From Neoechinorhynchus agilis (taxonomy: Eukaryota > Animalia > Acanthocephala): DNA of 64,000 bases. Position numbers and translations under genes: made by a program. Of this stretch, positions 22,756 to 36,200 are shown one piece after another; within the stretch, counting starts at the first letter, position 1, and every line of letters starts with the position of its first letter. The DNA lies in assembly GCA_051530055.1 (NCBI GenBank), contig CM121341.1:2531561-2595560 (forward strand). The letters are read 5' to 3'. The notes under the pieces are model-generated. The model was not told the DNA's origin. It did not search any database and was given only the letters and a program-made list of their open reading frames with translations.

Positions 22756-23348
22756 TCTGCTTTGAACAAAAAATGTGTTATTATTAATGCTTAATCGCCT
22801 AATTTCCTAGTTTTTCATTCTTGAGTATTTGACCAATGTTGGCCGTTCAGTTGTAGGCGTCTTTTTGATTTGTTCATCTTTTTGATACGAATTGGTGTAA
22901 AAATGTTGAAACGTGGATAATTCGTATTCACCTGGCGCTTGGCGTTTGTACAAGAACACAAATACGGGAATCATGGTTTATTTGGGTCGAACGTATAAGG
23001 CAAAGACCTCAATTATCGGAATCCACATGTTTCTTTAAGAATTAAGTAACCTTTATTTGCTCAATCGGGATTAGCGTTTAAAAGTTTTTTAAAACCCCTG
23101 CTCATTTCTCCCAAACTCCCTGTTTTTTTCTTTAATTTTCAAGCCTAATGCAACTCAACAAAGCAACCCAAATCAATGTACAGGAACATACATAGGTCCC
23201 CCTGAGATGGGCGCCTTCTCTTTCAATAAAATCAGGCAAGCGTGAAATGTGAACAACAAGCGTCTTAGTAGTTTTTCCTTTATCGATCAGCTGAATAAAA
23301 AAAAGTGGCAGTTAAAGGAAAACACAACGGTCAATAAACAAAGAGAAT

Positions 23349-23666
23349 TTAAATATTTGTAGTCGGCACTATGCTTCCATCGGATTCAATGCAAAAGTCA
23401 TACTTGTAGGTTTCGTTTGAAGCAAGAGCTGCTTCGATTGCAAGTTCGATTTCATCGTCGGATGTAACCTCAGTTATGAACCCTTTACCGCCGAAGACAA
23501 TGGATTCTTCATTTTTTAACCTTTGAATGAATTCTTCAACGTTCCATTGAATGGCATCAATTTCTTCTTGTTGCTCTTCGCTCTCAACTCTTTGATGGTC
23601 TTCTATTCTCTTTGATGTCAACTCACGATTCAAAGCTTCGTTTTCCATAAAGGAACCCGAATTCAA
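23349..23666 (-). CDS. Acidic 105-aa ORF of unknown function
   Basis: Protein-like composition only; no recognisable motif. Confidence 0.25.
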   Translation of the reverse strand: MNSGSFMENEALNRELTSKRIEDHQRVESEEQQEEIDAIQWNVEEFIQRLKNEESIVFGGKGFITEVTSDDEIELAIEAALASNETYKYDFCIESDGSIVPTTNI

Positions 23667-23774
23667 CAGTTCGTGTTGTTCAGTGATTCAAGAACTAATC
23701 TTGAATCATTGACGTAAACTAGTTTCACCGTCGGGCTTATGAATTCGACCTTCTTTGGACGATGATATGGCTGC

Positions 23775-24121
23775 TGCTATAAACAGCTCTGCTATGGTTG
23801 CATATTTTGTCCGGTCGATCTTATGGCCCGTAGCAGAGAGTGGGAAACCACAGCGGAGTTCGTGTCCTGTTTCTTCAGTGAATAGCGATGTTCCCTCATC
23901 CTCCTCTCAAAATTATTTGTCTGGCCAATATAGCATCGATCACAATTCGAGCAAAGTATTCTATATTCTGCACCACTTGGGCCTTCACGAATGCTCAAAC
24001 AGATCAGGCAATGAATGTTTCCAAATTCCTTTTCAGATAATTGACCGACGAAGTCCAGCGTGATTAAACGAAATATTTCAATTAAAGTGATTCTTGGATA
24101 CATAATTTTCCCAACTTTCAC
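23775..24121 (-). mobile_element. Penelope-like GIY-YIG endonuclease fragment
   Basis: GAEYRILCSNCDRCYIGQTNNFERRMREHRYSLKKQDTNSAVVSHS. Confidence 0.85.
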
Positions 24122-24474
24122 ATATTCATGACCCGAAATGAACCATAGGAAGGACCAACCCTACTAGCGCCCCTGCAAGAAATAAACACCAATTGCCACT
24201 AGAGCGGACCTTGGAACCCAACCGGATATTGCCACCCGCCTGGACTCGCAATTCACTCCAAAATCAATAGCCAGTTTCATTTTCTAATCAGAACTCGAGT
24301 GTTTATGAGGATTTAAAGGTACATGGGTCCTCCTAAAGGTTTTTTTGTATTGTCAATAAACGTGAAGAGAAATTTGTATTGATGATAAATAACGTGATTG
24401 CAAAATGTAAAAAATATTGAAACCCCTGTTTTCTCGGTTTCAATTAGTGATGTTTAATTCAGAAAAAGGTTTAT

Positions 24475-24516
24475 ATTGAAAATTTTCGGCCCTATCGTTG
24501 ACCTTCTTCAGTCAAT
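24475..24516 (-). ncRNA. Complete minimal type I hammerhead ribozyme (Penelope-type)
   Basis: ATTGA-CTGAAGA-A-GGTC-aacgatag-GGCC-GAAA-ATT-T-TCAAT: 5-bp stem I, 4-bp stem II with one G-U, palindromic AAUU stem III. Confidence 0.8.
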
Positions 24517-24528
24517 TGCTTATCAAAT

Positions 24529-25575
24529 ATCGCTCATTGAAACTGAAACTATAATGAATAATTTCTTTACAGCCACTGTTTTTTATATGCCAAATGATTA
24601 ATCTTTATGATTTTTTTGAAAATGTCATAACGGTGGAATATTAAGATCGATTCACTTGTTTTCACGGATATAATGCTAATCATAAAATCAGACGTCTAAA
24701 ACTTACAAAAGACATTTTATTTATTAAATCTTTGCAAGTAAAGTCTTCAATCCGTTAAAAAAGCCTTGATCAACTTAGTCCATGAAGTTCAAGGTAGAAG
24801 AATTGTACCGAATATTTCACGCCTTTAGCTTGACGAAATCTCAAAAAATCCTTCGCTTTGAAGAATCCTTCAACGGATGATTGGGATGCACAACGACAGC
24901 GGCATCCCGAGAAATCCTTCGTTTTAAAGAATCCCCCCCAACCCGAACGAAGGATTGGGATGCCCACGAATACGGCATTCTGAGAAATCCGAAGTTATAT
25001 ATGTCGCTTCCTTGAAATTTTCAAAACTAAGGTTTATTTCAATAAATTGATCAAAAGTTGTCATAGCGACCAATTCACCGGATTGCTAGCAATTGGTTTT
25101 TTTTATTCGCAAATATTTTGCCTTATTGATACGCGAGTGTAACAGCGAAGAGTTAATCAGTTCTATAATTTCCTCTACAATTCGAGGCCATTTTCCCAAC
25201 GGACGGCATTTCCACTGGATCTTCGGCATTCAACTAAAACCCAATCGGAATTGGGCGTAGCTATATAATTATAATCCTCTGAAACTTCGAATATATTTGA
25301 ATACTTCTGACGGAGTTATATTTGGTATTATATTCCGATGGATAGCTCTTTTCGCATCTTGACTTTAACCTAAACGCCCACATCGAAAAAATGTTCATTT
25401 TGGGAGTTCTGTTCGCCGCAGCTCCTTTAAAGCTTTTTAAACTCAGAGCTTTTTATAAATTGATAATAGTTATCATAACGAACATCCGAGTTAGGACAGA
25501 GCCCAAGGACGATGTAAAGAATGAAACAAAAACCTTGTTAAGGAAGAGTAGGATAACAGGATGAAGACCGGTATT
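24529..25575. repeat. Direct copy of ~12037-12992 plus ~13214-13295 (internal ~220-bp deletion)
   Basis: Offset 12492 at the left end; jump at cgaaca|tccgagttaggac. Confidence 0.9.
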
Positions 25576-26479
25576 CGGAGCAATTGGCACATTTTATCGA
25601 CTCTCCCTGACACTCTTTTTTTGTATGACTTCCAGCAAATAGAAGGCACGTTGCTTTATGTGGGCAATTAGAAGCCATATGACCCCAGCGGGAGCATTTT
25701 TGACAAATAATAAGGTTAAAGTCATAAATTGACCCTTTAAGGGCAGAAAAAGTGACCCAGTGCGATCTAATCCCTAGTCCAGAGGCCCAGATTTTTCAGC
25801 GATATTTAGAGGAGCTGAGCACGTTAGGGCATGGGTTCAGAGTTAGGATGTCTTTTGAAATATTTTATTGGAGAAATCCCGAATTCTTTTTGGATATCCG
25901 CAAATTCCTCCCGAGAAAGGTTATTTCAATTCGAACGGGTTAGCTTCGTTTTCCGCCTGGGACCCATTTAATATTTTATTCTAACACCATAACCTTCCTT
26001 TCATAACTACTCAAAAAACGCACACTGGTTTTTAGACGCTAATCAGGGCATGACATGATGGTCTACAGAGTAGGAAGGGCGGATCTAAAAGCTCGGGTAG
26101 TTCTGGATGCAAAGAGAATTCAAGAATTTAATAATACAATAGGGGGACTTACAGAGGAAGCGATATCCTTGTCTGCGCGATCAATCCAATTATATCTGAT
26201 GCTTCTGATGCTCATCTTTTAACTCATTTACCGAAACATCTTCGACGTCCGTCGAAGGGAGCTAACTCCTTATTTCGAAGTCATTTTGAAATATACTTTT
26301 AAAGCGAAGATGGTGTGACTGGAAAATTAGGGCATCGAAGTGGATTGGGTCTATTTCTTACGAGGAGACTATAGCCCAAATTTTAAGGCGTAATCTTTTT
26401 GGAGTATCTTCAATGCCATGATGGAGCCCGCCCTTGAGAAGCAGAATATCAATGGAAATTGACAAAGAATCTTTGCTTG

Positions 26480-27960
26480 GTTCCCGAACAACAATCATGG
26501 CTTTATTCCTGGTTGGGGAATATGAACTCTTATGCATGAATTAAATGAATTAAACAACAGTCTTATAGGTGTGAACAAAATTTTACTACAAGTGAATATA
26601 AACAAAGCGTTTGACGCGATCGATCGGAATTTTATTTAGTTTTTTTAGACATTTTAAAAATTCCTAAAAGAATTAAACAAAACATTATGTGTTGAAAAGA
26701 TAATTCATTGTTATTTGTTGATAGGAGAGATAAATGAAATTAAGATTTTATTGGATATTTCGATCCACTATCTCGGATCTTCTTCAGCTATTGTTTTCGA
26801 AGGAAGGCTTCCTCGAACTTTCCTTCGAAAACAATCGCTGAAGAAGATCCGTGATAGTGGATCGAAATATCCAATAAAATCTTAATTTCATTTATCTCTC
26901 CTATCAATAAAAAACATTATGTTTCTTTTAGAATCGAAATCTTACTTTCTAGAAGTTGATCCTAATAAAACACCATTTTACTCAAAATATGGAGCGCCAC
27001 AAGGTTCCCCACTATCTCCTAACCTTTTTCTGTTTGGGATGGTGGGGCTTTTAAAAGAATTAAAAAGAATTCCCCACGTAGAAATGATGGTCTACGCAGA
27101 CGATATATTTTTATTATATATCATAAAATGGCTAAAGATTTAGTAAGAATAACAGCAAGTCTCTTAAAAAGACTTGATATCCTTTTAAAAAAAGGGAACC
27201 TTACAATTAATAGAGGAAAAACAGTTATAGTTCCGCTTACCAAATCCGACGGATTAAGGGCTTCACTGAAAAACAAATTAATAAACAACAACGAACTGCA
27301 ACAATGCTCCTTCAAAGGATGTTCGCGGGTTTTAGGGATAAACTTCCCTTCCACCAGGAGAAGAGTTACGTATAACTCGAATCTGGCTACATTTTTTAAT
27401 AGAATTAAAAGTTTGTGCAAAATAATTTTTAGGTTAGGATCGGAGTATTGCTTTCCGGTGCCTGTGCTCAAAACATTTTTGGGAGGAACTTTTTTTTGTA
27501 GAAGTAGGCCCCGGACTTCAGGATAGACTTCGCAAATTGATTCATAAAGAAATGGGGAAAATGTGTTTGGAAATGGAATGAAGAAGCAAAAAGGAATCTC
27601 AAATCATTTTTATGGGCGAATTTTTTAACAAAAATATGGAGATGTGATGGGAGAAGAAACAATGTAAAATATAGACTGACACTTAACAAAGTGGAAATAG
27701 TTGGCGAAAACGAAACTAAGAAGGAAACACTTAGTCAAAGGGAGACAAATTTCTTTTACAAAACATCAATATCCTTAAATCCCTACTGGAAAAAAATGAT
27801 ATTCATCCAGAAAGGCGAACGAATGTTCCAACAGATCGACATGATTTATTCATCAAACAGAGAGGGATTGTGTTCAAAAATGTACGTATGGCGGTCATAC
27901 TTTTGTTATTTAAACTTTGTTTTTTCCTTCCTTGCTCCTCATGGATTGATCACCTGTTAA
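26480..27960 (+). mobile_element. Degenerate non-LTR reverse transcriptase, interrupted by a fold-back insertion
   Basis: NNHGFIPG, LLQVNINKAFDAIDR, YGAPQGSPLSPNLF, VYADDI, RVLGINF. Confidence 0.8.
26691..26910. mobile_element. 220-bp fold-back element (two head-to-head hammerhead-bearing arms) with 12-bp target-site duplication
   Basis: Arms 26718-26805 and 26820-26907 have 2 mismatches. TSD aaaacattatgt at 26679-26690 and 26911-26922. Each arm carries CTGAAGA-A-GATCC-N8-GGATC-GAAA-TAT-C. Confidence 0.85.
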
Positions 27961-30682
27961 GGGGGCGGATGGAATAGACAAAGATTGGATCAAAAAGGAA
28001 AAGAGTGGGATTCGGAAGGATAATACACAGAGAGTGTTTCTTGGATTGGTATGGCATGCTTGAAAAAATAAAAAATAAAAACGTATCTAAATCGATTAGT
28101 ATATTCGCATTTCGTCACATTTGAACAAAAGACGGAACGTCAATGTTTTCGCAACTTGTTGTTGCTGCGGAGTGTTGTATACGGTCGCAAACTGTTAAGC
28201 GGATAAAAATATCATTTTAATTAAAACAACAAATAAAAGCTCAGAAATCATACATGAAAATCTCATCAGGAAAATAGTCCTTTGCCATTTCCATGAACTA
28301 AAACCCAATATAACCAAGGCAAACTTTCAATGACGAATATCTGGCTCTGATTTTTATAACTCGTATATTGTTATAGCAAGATTTATTCGCGATGTAACCA
28401 TGATGTTCGACTGATTTAGTGTTTTAATCATGAAATCATTCACATCACCGCCCTGGATCACTCAGCTGCCGTCCTGGTGTAAAGGTCGAAAGGACGGATA
28501 CAGCGTTCCCTCGTTGCACAACCATTCGAGTAAGTGAGATTCGATGATATTTTCTAAGTTACGTAACACCAATTCCCAGATCGCATTTTTCGATAATGTT
28601 CCTCACTTCGTGAATCTCGAATATGATCATTCTCTTAGAAAAGAACTTCTAGAGTTGAGATTGTTTGAACCCGATAATTCCGGATCTTATTATTGCACAC
28701 TGGGGAGCACCAAAAAAATAGAATTTGATCACTCTAAAAGCTTACACATTTTTTGAGTAACCTTATCAAGTGCATGAGTCAATGTAAACATTTTATTCCG
28801 AAATCACCTCTCTAACACCATTTGGGTTTTTCTGGAGATATTTTAAAATTTTAATCAAAGAAGAATTTAAAGGGCCCAAATTATTTGCTATTTACCAAAG
28901 AAATATACAACATAGTCAATAATTTTCATCCGAGGGAACGCAAATATTATAAACTTGGTACTACCTTACAAATCGGTAATTTTTAGTTATTTTCAATCAA
29001 AGGGTTCTTACATACCAAAAAGCAAACTTTCTTACTAAAGTGACTATTATTCTTTAAGGGGTGGCTTTTTAATTAATTTTTAATGCTGTCCCGAAATTAG
29101 ATTCAGTTGATTGCATACTTTAACATTTGTCGCTTCTGCTTAGCAAACAAATTGAAAGTTCAAGACATCATTAATGGATATCGAATAAAACAATTACACA
29201 TAATACTTGCCCACAATCGCATGTGAATTACTCAAGGTCCCAAAGTTTTGATTAGAATTTGCTAGCGGTTAGAAAATGCCCGTTTGCTGAATGTATCTTT
29301 AATAAAGCTTTAGTTTGCCAGCTCGATGTGTAGAGCAAACAGGGTGCGATAATCATAAAATTAATTTTCGTATTTTTAAGCCACCATTCTCACGAACACT
29401 AAAATTCTCGCATATCGACATCCGTATTTATTTACAACTAAAATCTCTAACTCAATGGATTCTCAGTCATGACGTTCCGTTCCACCGTCCACTTTCCAAT
29501 GTATTTTAAGTCCGTATTGAGCTGTTGAAACATTCTCAATAAGACGGGCGATTGTGACAAGCCGATTAAATACAAAGTGTAATTTAACATGCCTACATTT
29601 TTAATATTGTTATTGTTCATCGTCATTAATGACGAATTAAGCTCAATTTGTTTCTTCACAGTTTTCGATCTTTTGTTTGTCGGTCGTTTACCGCTATTGG
29701 TATTGATTTTTCTTTTTCTATTACCGGTCGTCATTCTGTTATCCTACTCTTCCAAAACAAGATTTTTTGTTTCATTCTCTACATCGTCCTTGGGCTTTGT
29801 CCTAACTCGGAATCATTGTGATTGAATGCCTTTAAATCAAAAGGCGGTGGGGACGGAAAACAGCAAAAGTCTTCTTATTGAAAAGGAGTTCCTTGTTAGG
29901 GTGTTTGTAGATGCCGGTCAAAAAGGAGTTAATCAAAACAATGAAATCTAGAAAGTACTCTTAGAGCTAAAATTATTGTCTGTTCTTCACAGAATCAGCG
30001 GGCGAATTGCTTTCAATCGACTGATTTTTCCCATTGTTCGTTATGATAACCTTTTAAAAATTTATTAAAAAACCCTGAGTTTAAAAAGCTTTAAAGGAGC
30101 TGCGACGAACAGAACTCCCAAAATGAACATTTTTTCGATGTGGGCGTTTCGGTTAAAATCAAGATGCGAAAAGAGCTATCCATCGGAATATAATGCCAAA
30201 TATAACTCCGTCAGAAGTATTCAAATATATTCGAAGTTTCAGAGGATTATAATTATATAGCTACGCCCAATTCCGATTGGGTTTTAGTTGAATGCCGAAG
30301 ATCCAGTGGAAATGCCGTCCGTTGGGAAAATGGCCCGAATTGTAGATGAAATTATAGAACTGATTAACTCTTCGCTGTTGCACTCGCGTATCAATAAGGC
30401 AAAATATTTGCGAATAAAAAAAACCAATTGCTAGCAATCCTGTGAATTGGTCGCTATGACAACTTTTGATCAATTTATTGAAATAAACCTTAGTTTTGAA
30501 AATTTCAAGGAAGCGACATATATAACTTCGGATTTCTCAGGATGCCGTATTCGTGGGCATCCCAATCCTTCGTTCGGGTTGGGGGGGGGATTCTTTAAAA
30601 CGAAGGATTTCTCGGGATGCCGCTGTCGTTGTGCATCCCAATCATCCGTTGAAGGATTCTTCAAAGCGAAGGATTTTTTGAG

Positions 30683-31860
30683 AGCCGCTTTTTCCTAAAC
30701 GAACACCAAGCTGGACGACGGTTCCTAGTCGATACTGGTTCCGAAGTCAGCTTCCTTCCAGCCACAAAACTCGATAAACATACCAAACACTTTGGCAGAG
30801 CACTTACCGCTGCAAACGGTTACTAATTTTGGAGACAAGCCGGAGATTGTCTCAATGGACCTGAAGAAAATTTCGGAAACGAGTTTAGGGTTCTCTTTGG
30901 AGCTGAACTTCTCGAGGTGTAAGCTGCTGTTAATTAACATGGAGGAGGTGTACCGGGCCAGCGTACTTCGCGGCTTTACCTCCGTCGCACCGAGCTTGAG
31001 GCTGATTCAAGTCGATTAGCTGAGTTTGTTGAGTTTGTGTGTACTAGGGCAAAACGTTCCAATGGATATCGAAAGCAGAGGGCTTCAATGCTAAAAGCCC
31101 ACGAGGCAGTTGTTCCCATCAAAAATTGCCTTTACGTACCGAAGCTTCTCTACAAGTTCAGAACCACTCTTAAAACATCAGAAAGACTTCAGGGAACTCC
31201 GCAAACTCACCACTCGATCATCAGGTTTACTACTTTTTAATGCACCCGATGGATGAGAGGTCCCTAATTCGACTGATGGCTTGTTCGACCAAAGAATCGA
31301 GATCATGGGAACACTACTAGACGACGAGACACTGCACATCTTATTTTGCCTCAGATTCGAATTGAATATCTGCATTGTCCCGCACCAATGCTTGCATATA
31401 GACGAAACTGGCACACATGGACTCTGCAGGAAAGTTCCCGAGAGATTCGGTACTCAACGGCATAATCAGCAGAGCTTTGTCTCGCATTAACATTCCCAAC
31501 CCGTCTACCACTGGGTCCGCCGCCGCTGTCCTATGTGGGACGCGACATGCACCGAAGACACTTTGACCAGGAGCATCTTCGAAGTTGCGAAAAAGGCGCT
31601 AGCGAAGTCGCCAATGCTGCGGAACGAAGGAAGGTTGCCAATTTCAGCAACTTCACTGCAGATTTCATCTTTGCTCCGCTCGGAGTCGAAACCTATGGGT
31701 CGTTGTGGAAGACGACCTTGGTGCTGACCAAGGAAACAGGTCTGCGATTGGCAAGAATTACAAAGGATAATCGCGAACCAATGTTTTTACGCCAAAGCAT
31801 TAGTCTCGCGGTGCAGCTGGGAAACGCCGCGAGCATCCGTATGACGGCCGTTATTAGAGC
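30683..31860 (+). mobile_element. Gypsy protease fragment (30683-30821) fused to a CRE-like RT/RLE fragment (30827-31860)
   Basis: RRFLVDTGSEV; FGDKPEIVSMDLKKI; WDATC; FLRQSISLAVQLGNAAS. Confidence 0.8.
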
Positions 31861-32534
31861 GAATTAAGTGTTTTGTGGTAATAAAATTTCGCAGAATGAT
31901 AAAAAATATATACTACGAAGTTATGTTCAAAGTACGAAGGGAAATTGGTTGCACCCTTGATTGATGTCTGTGATAATTCAACGGAATTTTTGGATTTTTT
32001 ATTAAGGCGGAAGCCTACTGTAGGAAATAAAATTCAAAATGCATTCGATCGGTTAGATGTTCGTATGAGTTAAGAAAAAGGATCGATGAATTATGTAGTG
32101 CAACTGGTGGCGGCAGTCGTAGCTGCCCGGTGGACTTTAGGACCCTCGGACTGTTGGAATCATTCTATCCAACCGGCTGTCTGGTCGCGAGAAAATTGGA
32201 ATGTCGATGATGGGCCAAAGATATTAGATAAGATGCCTAGACAAGAGATTAAAGAAGGCTCCAAGACCTTTGCCGGAGTGGAACTAATGGTATAGTTGCA
32301 AACCCGAGGAACAGCAATAGCGCTACAAGTCTACAACAACGCAAACCGAAACCGCCCTTCGTTGTATGACTAAAATTGGATGAAGCCTGTAAAAAAATAA
32401 GCAACTATTTATTCACAGATCACATATCGAAATATACGATTTAAATTATTTGTCAGCGAGCGACAAAGGTACTAGATCTATTACTTGCTGATATCTAAAA
32501 TAAACGCAATATAATTTTACGTTCTTATTGTGTC

Positions 32535-33222
32535 TCAATTAGAGTTTCGGTATCCCGTTATTACATGAGCTGCGATCCACGCCTGCGTGTACGTTGCATC
32601 CTCCAACAGCCTATTCAGCATGATTATTGCTTGCGGTGAATTCGCAAGTCCAGCTAAAAGCAGGGTATATTGCAATTGGGGATCTTGTGGAACGCCACCG
32701 CTTCGTATGGTTCCGAGTGCTGCGTCCAAATGTGGATGGACATCGAACTTTGGAAGCGAAACTTCAACTTGAGCCACTTTAGTGGGCGGTTCTACAGTAT
32801 TGTCTTGAGCTTTCCTCTTCCGATTACTTCTGGTAGTCTTCTTTTGTGTGATCGGTTCTCCTGTTTGAATGGCATCCAAAATTCGGCGGTAAGACACAAT
32901 GTCTTTTCTTGGTCGTCCTCGATGCGGCACACAAGACAGTTTGCCGTCCACCTCCATTTCAACCTTGTCTATGAGTCTTTTCATGCACAAAATTGCTTCG
33001 TTTTTAAAATACTTTTCCGGATCTTTAGGTGGACGGCCGTTTCTTTTACGATGGACGGGAATAAACCCAGTAGGCACGGTTACTAGTGGCATATTTACTT
33101 CGTCCGGTAAATCACTGAGAGCGAAACAAAGCAAACGAAATCAAAATTTTTAAACTTTTAAATACTCACGTTTTCAATGCATTTTCGATTGATTGCTGCT
33201 GGAGCTGATTTTTTACGTCCAT
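32535..33222 (-). CDS. Two-exon AT-hook orphan protein, intact copy C
   Basis: Mirror of 8934-9621 with the same intron (33115-33169). 4 amino-acid differences across the 199-aa ORF. Confidence 0.7.
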
Positions 33223-36200
33223 TTATTGTGTCTAAAGTTAGGTGTTTCCAAATGATTTAACTTCAACCTAAAAAAAGATTTTGTTAGGAGTTGACAGTAA
33301 AATAATCTATGCCGTCCGGTATTCTTCGATCACAATCTAAGATCGGCTTATTAGGCTTAATACGATTTAGATTGCGAGTGATTTTGCTAACGATGATCGT
33401 CTTTAGCTCAACATAATCTCGATGGATTCCTCCGCTAATATTGACTCTAACATGTTGATTATTGATTCGATGTGGATATTACTATATATTTTTTGTTTCA
33501 ATATTTTTATCACATGACTCTAAATATATGCCGCCGCATCATATTTCCTATCAACATTTAATTGTAAATTAAGATCAATAAGTCATTTTTTTGTAAAATA
33601 TATCGACTAACTGGTAATAAGATCTTGATTGTTTGTGAATTTCATCCATCATGTAAAATTTCAACCTTTAAAACCGAATCGCATGTTCATACTTTTACTT
33701 AAATAAAAATAACTATTAAAAAGAACTGAAATATTTTTATTTGAAGCACGAAATCGTCACAGAATCTAATGACTTTATCGAATTTCGCATTATCGAAAAA
33801 GCTGTTCATTCTCTCTATCGATCGTGTGGTTTTCACCGTTTTCAAACTCATAGACGTGACCGTTCCTGATTATATTAATTCGCCATGAAAATGTTAAGCA
33901 TGGCAAAGTATCCTTTTAAATTTGTCTTTATCTATTTTGCTCAAAAATAATTTCTGACCAATCGGTTAGGTGATAATTTTTTAATATTTTATAAGAACAT
34001 GAACGAGACACGAGGAACGTTCGAATAAAGACCGTGAATATTTTAAAACATCTTTTCTTAACACTTTAATAAACTTTGAATTGTGGTGACGATGATCCCG
34101 GATAAAAGATATTTTATTGATATGAAATATTCCGCGAGGAAGCCTCATATCACTAGTTATGATTGCGGATAAAACACTTTTCAATAAAACATCCTTAATC
34201 CGGAATTATACTCACCACAATTCAAAATTTATCATCTCGGAGGATTTTCTCTTTATCATTTTAATAAACATCAAGCGTCTTGGTTTACTGACCTTTTTTC
34301 AATTCGAGCGAAATCAAAAAATAGAGTATAAAATCTAAATAGCAGTACGATTTATTTTTTACAAATTTACAAAATTGAAAGCCCATTTCCATTGAACGCA
34401 ACGTGTTTATAAATGCCAAAATGGTAAACAGTATTTTTGATTGGATAACTTGAAAGTAGAAAACGAACAGCGTTTATTTTACTGTTTGAATGCAGATGAA
34501 ATGTTTTAAGAATTACTTCATATACAAATGGAGCAACTAAATGTTATAGAAATCGCGATCATTTGCATTTCCCAAAAGACTATTTTTATATTGAAAAAAC
34601 TTTAGGAATATACGATTATTTCCATCGCTTTTCTACAGATAAGAAATAAAATCGGCGATAGATTTTTTATTATTGGATTAACAATTATTGAAAGGTATAA
34701 CATGACAAAGACTTGAAATTTTAAATTCAAATACTAAAATCCAAGAAAAAATTTCATCCGACTGATTCCGGTCGAAAAAATTAGAATCTGTGATCTATTT
34801 TTACATGTCTACTTTTCGATCATTTTAAATGTTAATCTGCAATTTTTTTTTGTTAACCTGGTCTTTTGAATGCAGCTAAAATGTTGCACGAATCGTAAAC
34901 TTGTCGACAAAGATGTTTAATGGTTTTTGATATATGGAATATTCGTTAGTGATGGGTGTTGGAGTGTTCCCGTGGATGCGGAGTATATGGCTCCTCTACT
35001 TTAAATAAAATTAGACGTGTTATTATAATTTTGTCTTTTTTGACCGATTTTATTGAAGTAAACATGAGGTTCAAGATCACGAACTATTCATCGCTGGAGG
35101 CCTGAATCAATTTTTGCTTCAATTTTTTGGTCGTTTCATTAAAAATCTCGCATCCTAAAGTACGATGTAACTATCACCTAATTTTTCACCTTAGATGTCA
35201 TCAAATAAATTGAACGAATCGCTAAAATTTAACAGCAGTTTCAGTCGTATACTTCACAGCTACAATGAAGACATAAACGGCTCAAATGTTGCGAGAGGCA
35301 TTGTGTAAGGCCATTAAAATAGATGAACAAGATTCCAAAATTCATTGTGAGTGGATTAGAGGCGACGAAGAGAACTACGCCAACGAGTTTCTGAAGTAGA
35401 GAAGTTGCTTGAAGCTGAAAATAGCCCATCAATAGCTTCTCAAAAAAGAATAAATCCATTTGAACTGTATAACTTGCATGGTGGTGATTATTTTTAAATT
35501 TTGTCCTGATTTCGACGGGTAGAATAACCACCTGAAATTGAAGCTTTTATCGGATATATCTCTGTTTTTCCGCAACAACGATGCTAGCGGCATGGATACA
35601 CTTAAATCTCCGATAGCCACTCCTCATTTGGACTTATGATTGGTTCCAAATTTGTAGACCAAAGAGGAATTAATGGGATCCTCCAACGTTCGAATAATCA
35701 CTGATAGTTTGAGTATAGGATGGAATCACTCCCAATAACGACATAATCTTCAATGTTCAGCGATCAACTCAGGTACAATGTAGAAGGAGATCTGCGTGAG
35801 TTATAAAAAAGATAATAAAACAGTTACGTTTCGAATACCTTATCTCCATCATCGCGGATGAGAATTGGCAGGATTTACTTGTATTGATTGGTGAAAATAA
35901 GATCCGGGATATCGAAGATTGACTTGGTCAAATCCGAAGTTGGGCTAATTGAGAGGGTCATTTGTTTCAAAGTATTAAATATAACATGACTTCTCCCATG
36001 TCTATAAAAAGCCATCTTTTGGCAAGAAGGTTCGTGTAATGGACGACCAGGTTGCAATCCAGCGATCATAGATTTGAAGATTTTATGAAAAAGGGAGCAA
36101 GGTGGGTTCGTAGCTCCGAATGACTGCTTCGACCAAAAAACACTTAGAATAATTTAAGGATTCCATGAACTTCGCTAAACGAAAATCCAGAAGGAGAACT

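Noticed and set aside
28544-28756. Immunoglobulin-domain exon (DNSGSYYC)
   Set aside because: A single D-x-G-x-Y-x-C-like motif; I could not build a consistent spliced frame with an upstream Cys/Trp.
30858-30885. CTGAAGA...GAAAC (also at ~16.25 and ~46.12 kb)
   Set aside because: This is the coding sequence DLKKISET of the CRE RT; no stem II.
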